From Candidatus Dojkabacteria bacterium (GTDB lineage: Bacteria > Patescibacteriota > Dojkabacteria > JAHIVN01): a stretch of 64,000 bases of DNA. The notes below the pieces were generated by a model. The model saw only the letters and a program-made list of their open reading frames with translations, had not been told where the DNA came from and made no database searches. This document shows, in pieces, positions 1 to 10,014 of the stretch. Made by a program: the position numbers and the translations under genes. The stretch is from assembly GCA_016932045.1 (NCBI GenBank), contig JAFGDO010000003.1, forward strand, positions 12,115 through 76,114. Direction: 5' to 3'. Position 1 is the stretch's first letter, and every line of letters begins with the position of its first letter.

Positions 1-83
1 TCCCAGTCAAAAAGAAGCGACCAGTCAATATTCGATAGCTCATTCTGTCTCAGGTTCTCTAGGAAGTTGTTAATCTTATCCAT
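1..83 (-). CDS. N-terminal fragment of a protein running off the window edge (MDKINNFLENLRQNELSNIDWSLLLTG...)
   Basis: ATG at 83-81 on minus strand, frame open to position 1; only 27 codons visible. Confidence 0.45.
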   Translation of the reverse strand, partial: MDKINNFLENLRQNELSNIDWSLLFDW

Positions 84-157
84 TTGAAGAATTCCCTGTA
101 AAATGTTTTGTACAAGAACTTGATGATAAACAGATTCCTGAATAATTACATTATAAC

Positions 158-197
158 AAAAATGTAGGAATTTGAATAAAATCAAATTCCTACATTT
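158..197 (-). terminator. Probable intrinsic terminator
   Basis: 16-bp inverted repeat AAATGTAGGAATTTGA/TCAAATTCCTACATTT with T run on minus strand, just downstream of ORF 220..576. Confidence 0.6.
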
Positions 198-219
198 ATT
201 CATCAGCTAAGAAATTCTC

Positions 220-576
220 TTACTCCTTAACCATACCGCTTATTACAGGAACCTCAAATAGCTCTCCATTGTTTGCCTTAACAGCACCCATCACCCTTAC
301 AGCAATATCGGCAATCCAAACCACGGCATCGACACAGAAACAAACAGTACCTACTATAAATACCGCACCGACTGTTCCAAGAATCCATAGAGCTACATGA
401 ACTACAACCATAACTACTCCAAAGTATAGAGAGTGTTTTGCACACTTCTTTGTAAATTCATCCTCATCGTTCATGAATATAAAACTAGTAATCGGAGCGA
501 AAATCCAAGCTAAAAGTGCATTTGTTTTATTAGCCTTTGGACTTGCTGCAGTCTCTTTTTTTGCTGGCATGTACAC
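220..576 (-). CDS. DUF4870-like small membrane protein
   Basis: Three hydrophobic helices; pattern ALLAWIF...DEDEFTKKCAKHSL...AVKANNGELFEVPVI. Confidence 0.7.
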   Translation of the reverse strand: MYMPAKKETAASPKANKTNALLAWIFAPITSFIFMNDEDEFTKKCAKHSLYFGVVMVVVHVALWILGTVGAVFIVGTVCFCVDAVVWIADIAVRVMGAVKANNGELFEVPVISGMVKE

Positions 577-629
577 TTTCTTAAAAAATTAACTAACATG
601 ATTAAGTATAAGGCTCTCTTAGATTTAAG

Positions 630-2450
630 TCAATACATTACTAGGGTTCCTTCTAAAACTTTTTTTTTGTATTGAAGCTTGAACATATCACCTATCTCTT
701 TGACAGTAGTAACGTCTTCACTCGCTTTATCTTTTCGGTCAAACTCCTTAAGTCGAGGAAATCTCAATGAGTATCCCTTTCCCTTTGAAAATCCTGCTTT
801 GTGGTTTGGACTTTTTGTCACTTCGTCAGCGTCAACCACAACTACTACTTCCGGACGAACCCAGACATCAGGCTGTAACATCTTAGCAACATCTACTATT
901 GAAGGTTTCTTCTTCTGCGAAATATCATCCAGCCTCTTTCTAATCCTCCCCCATTCCTCGTCTTTGATCCCTGTTCCTACCTTGGCAATTGACTCAAAGT
1001 TCCCATTTCCTTTATTCAGAACACCAATAAGAATAGCACCAATTCCAAACTTAGCACGCGCTCCTCGTCCTTTATAATACCCCAGAACAACAGCATCGAC
1101 ATTGTCAATCAGGTGTCCCTTGGCACTTTTTTTGAATTTTATCCAATCAAATCCTCTTTTTCCAGGTTCATACAGACTAGCCGGAAGTTTAGCAACAATT
1201 CCTTCCACTCCCAAGGCAACATACTCTTCAAATATTTCTTCAAAACTCTCCACACTCCTTACTTTCCTGCTAGGAGTAAATTCTATAATATCTTCTGTCT
1301 TTCCATGTTTAAGTATTTTCTCCAGAATTTTTAGTCGCTCGTTTAACTCTAGTTCTGAAAGGTCTTTATTATCTAAATAGAGAATATCGAAAGCAAAAAC
1401 TTTTATAGGCACTTCCTTGGCAAGCTCTGCAATTTTATATTTTCTTTTTCTTTGTATGGTTTCCTGAAAAGGAATAAACTCTTTAGTCTTATGATCGTAA
1501 CCAACCGCTTCACTATCCAGAATCACCGAGTCAATTCCTAGCTTCTCAATCGCCTTTACAATATCCGGAAACATATTCGTTAAGTTCTCGAGATTTCTCG
1601 AGAAAATTCTTGCATTCTCCAAACCGCACTCCAGTAATTCACCCTGTGAAATCTGATAACTTACCCCCTTAAAACCACTTCTGTCATAATGTATCTGACA
1701 TCTTAACCCATCATACTTTGGCTGAACGATCCACTCATCGCCCCTCTCCATAATCTTCTTAATTGTACTCTCCCTCTCACATAACATCGAAGCAATAGGA
1801 ACTCCAGCTACAAATTTTATATCTTCAAGTACCTCTATACCTTTCATAAAAATTTCCTCTGCTATAAAGCCTATGTCAGAGCGTGCACCATATGCCTTGT
1901 CTAAAACTTCGCGATAAGATTTGTCGCCAACTGAAGCTATTGAAAGAGCATCAAGAGCGCTTTTGTCACTCAGACCAAGGCGCAAATTCCCGAGTATCAT
2001 TCTTATAACATATTTTGAGGATACACTATCACAAGATTTGATCAAATCGGCAATTTTACCCACCTTGGCCTCTTGCGACCCAGTTCCTCCCAAGATAGCA
2101 ATGTCATACAGCAGTTGATAAACTTCTTTTATTGTAAGACTTGATTTTGTACTTTTTTGCAACTTTTCCACTACTAATCCTAAGTCACCAAGCTCTTTAA
2201 AAGAGTCTTCAATAGTTTCTGCCTCGAGCAGAAAAGCCTCAGCCAATGAACGCATTATAAGTCTTCGCGCGACATTAAATTCTAAGGGTATAAATCTGGG
2301 GACAACTCTCCCTTGCATAAGGTACAATGTTTCAGCAATTTCATCTTTTTCAAGAGACTTAAGAAGACGTGCAAGAATTTCTATCATCTCGTTCCGTGAT
2401 GAAGTCTTCTCTAACTTCTGTAAAATTTGGGCAAACTTTTTGAACTGCAT
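630..2450 (-). CDS. lig: ATP-dependent DNA ligase (N-terminal DNA-binding domain, archaeal/eukaryotic-like architecture)
   Basis: Motif I PKYDGLR (KxDG), EGIVAK, WIKFKK, C-terminal SLRFPR. Confidence 0.95.
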   Translation of the reverse strand: MQFKKFAQILQKLEKTSSRNEMIEILARLLKSLEKDEIAETLYLMQGRVVPRFIPLEFNVARRLIMRSLAEAFLLEAETIEDSFKELGDLGLVVEKLQKSTKSSLTIKEVYQLLYDIAILGGTGSQEAKVGKIADLIKSCDSVSSKYVIRMILGNLRLGLSDKSALDALSIASVGDKSYREVLDKAYGARSDIGFIAEEIFMKGIEVLEDIKFVAGVPIASMLCERESTIKKIMERGDEWIVQPKYDGLRCQIHYDRSGFKGVSYQISQGELLECGLENARIFSRNLENLTNMFPDIVKAIEKLGIDSVILDSEAVGYDHKTKEFIPFQETIQRKRKYKIAELAKEVPIKVFAFDILYLDNKDLSELELNERLKILEKILKHGKTEDIIEFTPSRKVRSVESFEEIFEEYVALGVEGIVAKLPASLYEPGKRGFDWIKFKKSAKGHLIDNVDAVVLGYYKGRGARAKFGIGAILIGVLNKGNGNFESIAKVGTGIKDEEWGRIRKRLDDISQKKKPSIVDVAKMLQPDVWVRPEVVVVVDADEVTKSPNHKAGFSKGKGYSLRFPRLKEFDRKDKASEDVTTVKEIGDMFKLQYKKKVLEGTLVMY

Positions 2451-2568
2451 AATTATAAATAGTTATATAGTTATATAGTTGAATAGTTAGAATTCCTTCC
2501 ACCCAATTCTCATATCTGTCTTAATCATTTTGATCGATTAGATCATCTTGATCATTTTCCCCTTCTAC

Positions 2569-3618
2569 CTACTTCAGTACATATCTTGCCGCCTTAGTCC
2601 TTCCCTCCTTTTTAACTACCCCTTTATCGATCAAATCACGAAGATCTCTCAAGATACTATCGTCACTAACTAAAGGGAACAGCTCCTGCCAATCTTTATT
2701 CCGAACATGACCTTTTTTATTCATAAAATTTATAATTCTTACCTGTCGATCATTTAGCGCAACCTGCCCAATAGTCTTCCTAAGCTTTACATCCCTGCTT
2801 ATATCCAGTACTTTTTTCTTAATCCTGTCGAGTTCAACTGCAAGTCCCTTTGCAAAAAATTCAAGCCAAATTGTAAGATCATCATCATTCTCCTCAACAC
2901 TTGCAAGAGCTTTATAATACCCCTCCAAATTCTGATCATAATACTCTTCAAGAGAAAAAAACTTCTTTATATCGTATCCATCTGAGTATAGGCTGTAAGT
3001 CGCAAGTATTCTTGATGTGCGTCCGTTTCCATCTGTAAATGGATGAATCCTTGCTATTTCATATAGTATAATTCCTGATTTAATAACAGGATGCACCTTG
3101 CTTCCTTCCTTTTCCAGCCATTCTAAAAGTGCATCAATTTCTCCAACAATATACTCCGGTTCAACCGGTTCAAAAACAACCTCATGAGTTGAAGAATCTA
3201 TAAGAGCCTCTTTACATGTCCTAAATCTGCCAAGCTCATCTTCCGGAAGAATTCCGGACATCACTTTTTTGTGTATCTTAAGAATATTTTCTCTGTTAAT
3301 TGAGGTATCCCTCATCCTCCCCATATATTCAATCACCTCCCTATAATTAATGATTTCCTTAATGTCTCTTCTCCTAAAAGTTTGCACCTTTTTGCCTCCT
3401 AAAACCCTTTTAGCTTCATCGAAATCAAGTTTATTGCCTTCTATCTTTGTCGAAAAATATATAGTTCTTTGTTCGGCTTCCTCCCTGAACCTTCTTTCCC
3501 AGGCAGGAATAAGAGGGGCATTCTCGATAATCTGTTTAGCTGCTTCAACTTGAGAAATATATTTCAGAAGGTCATTTGTTATGTTATAGATGGGCTTATA
3601 CATAAAACAATTATACAT
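2569..3618 (-). CDS. Fic-family protein (AMPylase) with C-terminal winged HTH
   Basis: Canonical HPFTDGNGRTSR; inhibitory motif STKIEGN; C-terminal LNDRQ...LRDLRDLIDKG; true start may be the second Met (MYKPIY). Confidence 0.92.
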   Translation of the reverse strand: MYNCFMYKPIYNITNDLLKYISQVEAAKQIIENAPLIPAWERRFREEAEQRTIYFSTKIEGNKLDFDEAKRVLGGKKVQTFRRRDIKEIINYREVIEYMGRMRDTSINRENILKIHKKVMSGILPEDELGRFRTCKEALIDSSTHEVVFEPVEPEYIVGEIDALLEWLEKEGSKVHPVIKSGIILYEIARIHPFTDGNGRTSRILATYSLYSDGYDIKKFFSLEEYYDQNLEGYYKALASVEENDDDLTIWLEFFAKGLAVELDRIKKKVLDISRDVKLRKTIGQVALNDRQVRIINFMNKKGHVRNKDWQELFPLVSDDSILRDLRDLIDKGVVKKEGRTKAARYVLK

Positions 3619-3865
3619 AATTGTCTGTAATTTTCCACTGTAAGGGAGAGATCATAAATATGCAACTGTTCATGAAAGATTTAGACTCGCGTTTAGTGAG
3701 AATGAACTAGTATGTGATTTGGGGAAAGATCTGATGCTATATCCTGATATTCACATCGTAGTATGCCGACCCTAGACAAAAATCACGAAGTTGTCCAGAT
3801 CGCAGGTTTGGGAGGAGGAAGCCCAAAAGGCCAAAACTCTTCTAGTATAGGACTAACATTAAAAT

Positions 3866-4234
3866 TTACATTAACTCATAATGACTTCCCTTTGTTTTTC
3901 CTACTTGTTTGATATAACCTTTCTCGGAAAGTGTCGTTAAATCACGTCTAATTGTTCTTTCAGAAACATCATTAATTTCGTTTCCTATCATCTCGTTTGT
4001 AATCTTGTCTTCCCTGTCAAAAAGACTGAGAATTCTTTTTTGTCTTGCATTTAACTTACCTGTAGTAGTATCAATAGCATATCTGGTTTTTCTTAGTAAT
4101 TTTTTACCTTCTTTCCCAACTAACTTCCCCTTCCTCTTAACAGCAGAAACCGCAATAAGTACACCAACAGCAGCTGCGGCTCCATAAAAAAGAAACTTAA
4201 GCGACTTTTTTGCGAGAGATGATCTTTTTTTCAC
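3866..4234 (-). CDS. Membrane-anchored DeoR-like winged-HTH protein
   Basis: N-terminal hydrophobic helix FLFYGAAAAVGVLIAVSAV; C-terminal VSERTIRRDLTTL. Confidence 0.75.
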   Translation of the reverse strand: MKKRSSLAKKSLKFLFYGAAAAVGVLIAVSAVKRKGKLVGKEGKKLLRKTRYAIDTTTGKLNARQKRILSLFDREDKITNEMIGNEINDVSERTIRRDLTTLSEKGYIKQVGKTKGSHYELM

Positions 4235-4377
4235 TTATTCATAATAACATCTTATTCGGACGTATTTTACAGGAACAAAGAATTCTTTACAATAAATTTG
4301 TATCAGAATAAATCAAAATACCAAGAACCACTCAACTACCCGGTCATCAAATAACAATATAGCATTATAGCACAGCA

Positions 4378-7092
4378 TTAATGTACCTCCTCGAGATTCT
4401 TTCCCTCATAAATATCGACCTTTAACGGCACTTCCAGTGGATAAACGTTTTCCATTATATCCTTCACCTTCTTTTTTAATCCTACCTTTCCCAATTCCCC
4501 TTTATATTCAAAAACTAATTCATCATGTATTTGGAGAAGCATTCTAGCTTTCTTAGGGAATTCTTTTTGTATCATTTCAAAAACTTTTACCATCGCAAGT
4601 TTCATCATATCAGCAGCACTTCCTTGAATGGGAAAATTTATAAGCTCTCTTGTAGCCGCCCCTTGCACTGTCCTATTTAAGGACACAAGACCTCTAGCCA
4701 TTCTTCTCCTTCCGAATATAGTTTCTGCATATCCCTTATCTTTGCATTTACTTAAATATCCATCGAAATACTCACGCACCGAAGAATATTCATCAAAATA
4801 TTTCTCGATAAATTCGCATGCTTCAGAGAAAGAAATTTTAAGAGAATTTGAAAGTCCGTGAGGTCCCATACCATACATGACCGCGAAATTTATGGTTTTA
4901 CCAATGCCCCTCTCTCTCTTTGTAATCTTGTCCATCGACTTCTTAAATATTTTGGAAGCAGTAAGTAAGTGTACATCAACACCTTTTTCGAAAGCATCTA
5001 TCAAGTTTCTCTCGTGGGCCAAGTGAGCTAATATCCTAAGTTCCTGCTGGGAATAATCAAATGATATAAAGGAGCTTTCTAAACCTGAAACAAATGCCCT
5101 TCGAACCCTTCTTCCTAGATCAGAGGATATCGGGATATTCTGAAGATTTGGTTCAGTTGAAGATAATCTTCCTGTTGCTGTAACAGCTTGATTATATGTG
5201 GTATGAATTCTTTTAGTCTTAGAGTTAACAGCATCCAAAAGAGATGTTGTATATGTTGACCGAATTTTTGACAGTTCTCTATATTGAAGAATTTTGTTGA
5301 TAACCGGATGAACTTCTGTTAATTCGTTTAATATCCCAACTCCTGTTGAGTAACCTCCACTTTTCGTCTTTTTCGGCTTGGGAAGATTTAGTTCTTCAAA
5401 AAGAATCTCTGAGACCTGCTTTGGAGAATTCAGGTTAAATTCGTGTCCTACAAGCTTATATGCATCCTTCTGCACATCTTTTAAATCCTTATCTATCATA
5501 AGACCAAAGTTCTCAAGATACTTCCTATCAATTAGAATACCATTAAACTCCATTTTAGATAGTACGGGAATAAGTGGCATTTCTATAAGGGAAAAAAGTT
5601 TCTTCAGATTCCATTCACCACCCTTCGATGATTCTTCTAACTTCTTTTCTAATATTTTAAACAACTTCAATATTACCTGAGCTTCCTTTGACACACAGCT
5701 AGTATCCGAATCTGTGATTTCAATCTGACCGTTTTTGTCCTGATCAAAAACTGCACCTAGGTAATTAAATGCAAGATCTTTAAACGCTACGCTCCCATAC
5801 CCAGCTTGGGCTAGAAATGCTGCCAATTGAATATCAAAGAATTTCCCCTTTAATTCTATCCCTATATTCCTTAAAGCGTGGATTGAGGATTTAATATCAT
5901 ATCCTACTTTTAAGTAACTCCCATTCTCTAAAATACTTCTGATCTTTTTACCGTGCACTGTAAGATTTGCACCATCATAAACCGAATCTACACCAATGCA
6001 GTAAACCTTGCTCTCATCCCATGAAAACGACAAAAGAGAGGGCAACGCTTCAACTATACATCTTCTTGAAACTGTAAGTGCAAGCGAGAAAGTCTTTTCT
6101 TTCTTTAACTTATTTATAAAACTTAGAATCTGCTTATCGTTCTTAAGCAAACTCACATCTAAAGCCTTCTTATCAGATGTAGCTTGTTTTATATCTGTCA
6201 TGACAACACCCGATCCTTCCTGCATCTTATCAAGTCTTCTTAAAAGTGATAAAAACTCAAACCGCTGAAAAACCTTTTTAACTTTATCTGCATTAAACTT
6301 GCCCCATTTACATTTCTTTATCTCATAAGACAGGGAAATATCTTTCACTATTTCCGCAAGATCCCTGCTTAGATAAGCTATGTCCTTTCCTTCTTCCAGC
6401 CTGTTTCTATAACGCCCCTCCACTTTTTGAATATTGCGATAGATATTGTCCAAGCTGCCAAACCTTTCAAGTAAATTAACAGCTCCTTTTTTTCCTATTC
6501 CCGAAACACCGGGAATATTATCTGAAGGATCCCCACATAAAGCTTTGTAATCAACAATTTGATTAGGTTTAAGACCTACTTTTTTATAGACTTCAAGTGG
6601 CCCAAAGAGTTGTGAATCTTTGAAATTCCGTCCAGCAAGATAAACTTGTGTGTCAAGATCAACAAGTTGAAATATATCCTGATCTCCCGTTACTATAATC
6701 TTCTCTAAATTCCTGGCTTTTAAATCATTCTCTAAAGTTCCGATCACATCATCGGCTTCATAGCCACGCTTTTCAAGTATCGGTATATCAAACGCCTCCA
6801 CGACTTCTTTTGTTTTGGGTATTTGAGTTTTTAAATCTTCCTCGAGAGGCTTCCTGGTTGCCTTGTACTCTTTATATTTTTTATGTCTAATTGTTACTCC
6901 GGGTACATCATAAACACAAACTAAATAGTCTGGTTTCAATTCGTCGATAACTTTAAGAAGAATAACTGAGAATCCATAGGTAGCATTTGTTAACTCGCCT
7001 CTTGATGTTGAGAGTTCCTTCGGGTAAGCGTGATATGCTCGATGAATTAATGCATTTGAGTCTATCAGAACAAATTTCTTTTTACTTTTCAT
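4378..7092 (-). CDS. polA: DNA polymerase I
   Basis: 5'-3' exonuclease motifs (LIDSNALIHRAYHA, GYEADD, GDPSDNIPGV); polymerase motifs DYSQQELR, KTINFAVMYG, QIHDEL. Confidence 0.97.
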   Translation of the reverse strand: MKSKKKFVLIDSNALIHRAYHAYPKELSTSRGELTNATYGFSVILLKVIDELKPDYLVCVYDVPGVTIRHKKYKEYKATRKPLEEDLKTQIPKTKEVVEAFDIPILEKRGYEADDVIGTLENDLKARNLEKIIVTGDQDIFQLVDLDTQVYLAGRNFKDSQLFGPLEVYKKVGLKPNQIVDYKALCGDPSDNIPGVSGIGKKGAVNLLERFGSLDNIYRNIQKVEGRYRNRLEEGKDIAYLSRDLAEIVKDISLSYEIKKCKWGKFNADKVKKVFQRFEFLSLLRRLDKMQEGSGVVMTDIKQATSDKKALDVSLLKNDKQILSFINKLKKEKTFSLALTVSRRCIVEALPSLLSFSWDESKVYCIGVDSVYDGANLTVHGKKIRSILENGSYLKVGYDIKSSIHALRNIGIELKGKFFDIQLAAFLAQAGYGSVAFKDLAFNYLGAVFDQDKNGQIEITDSDTSCVSKEAQVILKLFKILEKKLEESSKGGEWNLKKLFSLIEMPLIPVLSKMEFNGILIDRKYLENFGLMIDKDLKDVQKDAYKLVGHEFNLNSPKQVSEILFEELNLPKPKKTKSGGYSTGVGILNELTEVHPVINKILQYRELSKIRSTYTTSLLDAVNSKTKRIHTTYNQAVTATGRLSSTEPNLQNIPISSDLGRRVRRAFVSGLESSFISFDYSQQELRILAHLAHERNLIDAFEKGVDVHLLTASKIFKKSMDKITKRERGIGKTINFAVMYGMGPHGLSNSLKISFSEACEFIEKYFDEYSSVREYFDGYLSKCKDKGYAETIFGRRRMARGLVSLNRTVQGAATRELINFPIQGSAADMMKLAMVKVFEMIQKEFPKKARMLLQIHDELVFEYKGELGKVGLKKKVKDIMENVYPLEVPLKVDIYEGKNLEEVH

Positions 7093-7165
7093 AGGAGGAA
7101 TTCTGTAAATCCACTAGATACGCACTTCTCTTCAATATCAACTAATTGAAAGCTTTTATCCTAAT

Positions 7166-9094
7166 TTACTCCTCATCATCTTCGACCTTTTTATCTCGAT
7201 TTTTTTTGAACAAGGCGTTAAACTCTTCAGCCTCGACAACTTCCTTTTCCTTGAGCATATTGGCCAGTTTATCTAGGTTCTTACGGTTTTTCTCTAAAAT
7301 ACTCTTCACTTCCTCATATGAAGTGTTTATCACCCGTCGTATCTCCTCATCTATCTCACGTGCTGTTTCTTCGGAATAATCTCTTTCATTCTGATAAGCA
7401 TAGCCTAGGTACTGCAATGTGTCGCTTTTACCGTATTCAATAAGTCCCAGTTTTTCACTCATTCCGTATTTCATAATCATCCTTCGAGCTAGATCAGATG
7501 CTTTTTCAATATCATTTGCCGCTCCGGTGGAAACATCTCCGAATACAATTTCTTCTGCAGCACGTCCTCCCAGTAAACCTTTTATCTCAGTAAGTATTTT
7601 AGTCCTTGTAACAAGAAGTTCATCATCCTGTGGTAAATGCAATGTACTCCCAAGTGACAAGCCACGCGATACTATAGTAATTCTATGAACAGGATCAGCT
7701 TCAGGAAGGAACTTTGTAACTAGCGCATGACCGGCTTCATGGTAGGCCGTTATGTCAACATCACGCTCTGTTCGCCTCCTTTTCCTTTCAGGCCCAACTA
7801 CCACCTTTGTAGCTGCTTCTTCAATATCATCTGTTGAAATCTTATTCCTATTGTCCTTTGCTGCTATTATTGCGGCTTCGTTCAGCATGTTTTCAAGGTC
7901 TGCACCTGAAAAACCAACTGTTCTTCGCGCAACCTTTTCCAGATCTACATTATCCGCGAGAGGCTTATTCCTTGCATGTATTTTTAGGATCTTCAATCTC
8001 CCATCAATATCAGGCAGATCCAAAACAATCCTACGATCAAACCTTCCTGGTCGCAGTATTGCAGGATCTAGTACATCTGGACGGTTAGTTGCTGCAATAA
8101 CAATTACATTGTCATGTTGCTCAAACCCATCCATCTCAACAAGTATCTGATTCAATGTTTGCTCAGTACTGCTGCTCTGTATAGTCGTACCGCGCTTCCT
8201 AGCAACAGCATCTATCTCATCAACGAAAATAAGTGCTGGAGCGGCCCTCTTTGCCTTGTCAAAAAGATCTCGTACTCTTGAAGCACCAGCACCAACTAAC
8301 ATTTCCTCAAATTCTGCTCCTGAAGTATGAAAAAACGGGACGCCAGCTTCACCAGCAACTGCTCGGGCAAAATACGTCTTACCAGTCCCAGGAGGTCCGA
8401 CAAGCAAAAGTCCTTTTGGAATCCGGGCACCAAGCTTCAGAAATCTCTTTGGATCCTTGAGGAATAGAACAACCTCCCGCAATTCTTCCTTTGCCTCAGC
8501 ATAATTCGCGACATCTTTAAATGTTAGATCAGGTTTCCTTCCAAATATTAGTTTCGCACGGCTTTTACCAAATGAAAAAAGCTTATTCCCACTTGATTGG
8601 ACTCCTCGTATAAGGAAAAGACCAAGTGCAATTATTCCTACAAACATGAGTATATTGAAAATACCATTTACAACCATTACCCAATCAATAGGAGGATTGC
8701 AATACCTTACCGGAACCTCCTGTTCACTTAAGCCCAAACCATCCTTACTGTATATAAAACTAGCAAAATCACTTTCTCCTCTTACTGCCACCTTCTTCTT
8801 GTCGCTATCCTTCACATTTTCCTCAACTTTATCACCACATACAATAAATTCTTCAACTCTGCCCTGCCTTGCATCTTCGTAAAGCTGTGAAATACCGACC
8901 TCCTCTATCTCTTCACTAGGAAAAATTCTGAAGACAAGGCTACCTATAAGACTCACTACCAGAAGAATTGGTAATAAGTAGCTGAAAATACTCCTCCTTT
9001 TCTTAACTGGTCTAAACTTTATAGTACGCCCAGTTGGACGCATAGTTTTCTGACCTTTACCCTCTTCTGTTTTATTTTCAGTATTTTTACTCAT
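7166..9094 (-). CDS. ftsH: ATP-dependent zinc metalloprotease FtsH
   Basis: Two TM helices, Walker [21 protein letters not shown]; start reassigned to ATG 9094 (MSKNTENK) because the longer ORF start runs into a tRNA-derived repeat. Confidence 0.96.
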   Translation of the reverse strand: MSKNTENKTEEGKGQKTMRPTGRTIKFRPVKKRRSIFSYLLPILLVVSLIGSLVFRIFPSEEIEEVGISQLYEDARQGRVEEFIVCGDKVEENVKDSDKKKVAVRGESDFASFIYSKDGLGLSEQEVPVRYCNPPIDWVMVVNGIFNILMFVGIIALGLFLIRGVQSSGNKLFSFGKSRAKLIFGRKPDLTFKDVANYAEAKEELREVVLFLKDPKRFLKLGARIPKGLLLVGPPGTGKTYFARAVAGEAGVPFFHTSGAEFEEMLVGAGASRVRDLFDKAKRAAPALIFVDEIDAVARKRGTTIQSSSTEQTLNQILVEMDGFEQHDNVIVIAATNRPDVLDPAILRPGRFDRRIVLDLPDIDGRLKILKIHARNKPLADNVDLEKVARRTVGFSGADLENMLNEAAIIAAKDNRNKISTDDIEEAATKVVVGPERKRRRTERDVDITAYHEAGHALVTKFLPEADPVHRITIVSRGLSLGSTLHLPQDDELLVTRTKILTEIKGLLGGRAAEEIVFGDVSTGAANDIEKASDLARRMIMKYGMSEKLGLIEYGKSDTLQYLGYAYQNERDYSEETAREIDEEIRRVINTSYEEVKSILEKNRKNLDKLANMLKEKEVVEAEEFNALFKKNRDKKVEDDEE

Positions 9095-9147
9095 TATTTT
9101 TAATATAAAATTAACTCTTTTTCTTGTTAATAAACACTGCTTGACTG

Positions 9148-9253
9148 TGACTGGGATGAGAATCCACAAGGCAGAACTTAGCGATGCTAAGCAGAACGAA
9201 GCAGAGCTATAGTCTGACCTAGTCCCGTGGATTTATTCTACGGGAGAACTCAC
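9148..9253 (-). repeat. Duplicated 3' end (T arm + acceptor strand) of tRNA-Met, interrupted in the T loop by an 81-nt hairpin element (9165..9245)
   Basis: TGACTGGGATGAGAATC[insert]GAACTCAC versus tRNA 9325..9349 TGACGGGGGTGAGAATCGAACTCAC. Confidence 0.8.
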
Positions 9254-9324
9254 CTTTCTCATTATACTTCTTTTTATTAAACACAGGCTTATCTGCAAGT
9301 TACATTAAACGACGACTACCTGAA

Positions 9325-9398
9325 TGACGGGGGTGAGAATCGAACTCACGACCTGGGGCTTATGAGTCCCCCGCTCTAACCTACTGAGCTACCCCGCC
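9325..9398 (-). tRNA. tRNA-Met(CAT), probably elongator
   Basis: Cloverleaf GGCGGGG/CCCCGTC, D stem GCTC/GAGC, loop CTCATAA, T loop TTCGATT; CCA not encoded. Confidence 0.9.
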
Positions 9399-9551
9399 CC
9401 AGTCAGGCAGATGAACTCTTAATTCAAAGATCCATAGACAAATTTGCATACAAATTCATAAACTACGAATAATTTTACTACATAGGCAAATGAAATAGAA
9501 ATAATAATTAATGATTCATTGTCGGCGTTTGGAAATTTATATTTGTAAAAA

Positions 9552-9649
9552 TTGCGGGGGCTGGAATCCTCAAGGCAGAACTTAGCGATGCTGAGTAAAA
9601 CGAAGCAGGGCTAAAGTCTGACCTAGTCCCGCTCTGCGGGAGAACCAAC
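9552..9649 (-). repeat. Duplicated 3' end of initiator tRNA, interrupted in the T loop by a 73-nt hairpin element (9569..9641)
   Basis: TTGCGGGGGCTGGAATC[insert]GAACCAAC versus tRNA 9765..9789 TTGCGGGGGTTGGAATCGAACCAAC; insert differs from 9165..9245 at 6 of the first 63 nt. Confidence 0.8.
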
Positions 9650-9761
9650 CTGCGTACCCAGTGTCACAGTATCTATTCGACCTAGTATACGCCAGACAAG
9701 CACTTTCTGCTTGTTATCCTACTACCCCAAATAATATCATAACGAGCGTCAAATCATTCTT

Positions 9762-9836
9762 TGGTTGCGGGGGTTGGAATCGAACCAACGACCTCCAGGT
9801 TATGAGCCTAGCGAGCTACCACTGCTCCACCCCGCG
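9762..9836 (-). tRNA. tRNA-fMet(CAT), initiator
   Basis: CGCGGGG...CCCCGCAACCA with C1:A72 mismatch, loop CTCATAA, CCA encoded. Confidence 0.93.
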
Positions 9837-10014
9837 TTCTTGTCTTTACGCTATCTATCTAGAATATGAGGATTTATTGAAATTCCCTCCTTAGCCAATT
9901 TCTCAATAATTCGGATAAAAACAATTGTCTGCAGCATAAGGACTATCAATTTATATCTTACATGCCCTCGTATAGTCAAGCAAACTCTAGATACACTATA
10001 CCGTAGATACTTGA

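Noticed and set aside
3644-3850. GC-richer intergenic stretch with a reading frame broken by one TAG (3773..3775)
   Set aside because: No start codon, no recognisable protein motif or convincing RNA fold; cannot be called a pseudogene or ncRNA
9095-9169. Extended FtsH N-terminus (MWILIPVTVK...)
   Set aside because: Derived from the tRNA fragment and insert; ATG at 9094 is more plausible
9590-9607. Hammerhead ribozyme core (CTGAG...CGAA)
   Set aside because: Lacks CUGANGA and GAAA consensus and the three-stem layout
9148-9649. Intron-containing tRNA genes (group I or BHB introns)
   Set aside because: Inserts are too short for self-splicing introns, sit in partial tRNA copies, and are oriented by chromosome strand rather than transcript
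9552-9730. tmRNA or a piece of two-piece tmRNA, suggested by smpB nearby
   Set aside because: 3' end matches tRNA-fMet, no CCA, no alanine G3-U70 acceptor, no tag ORF
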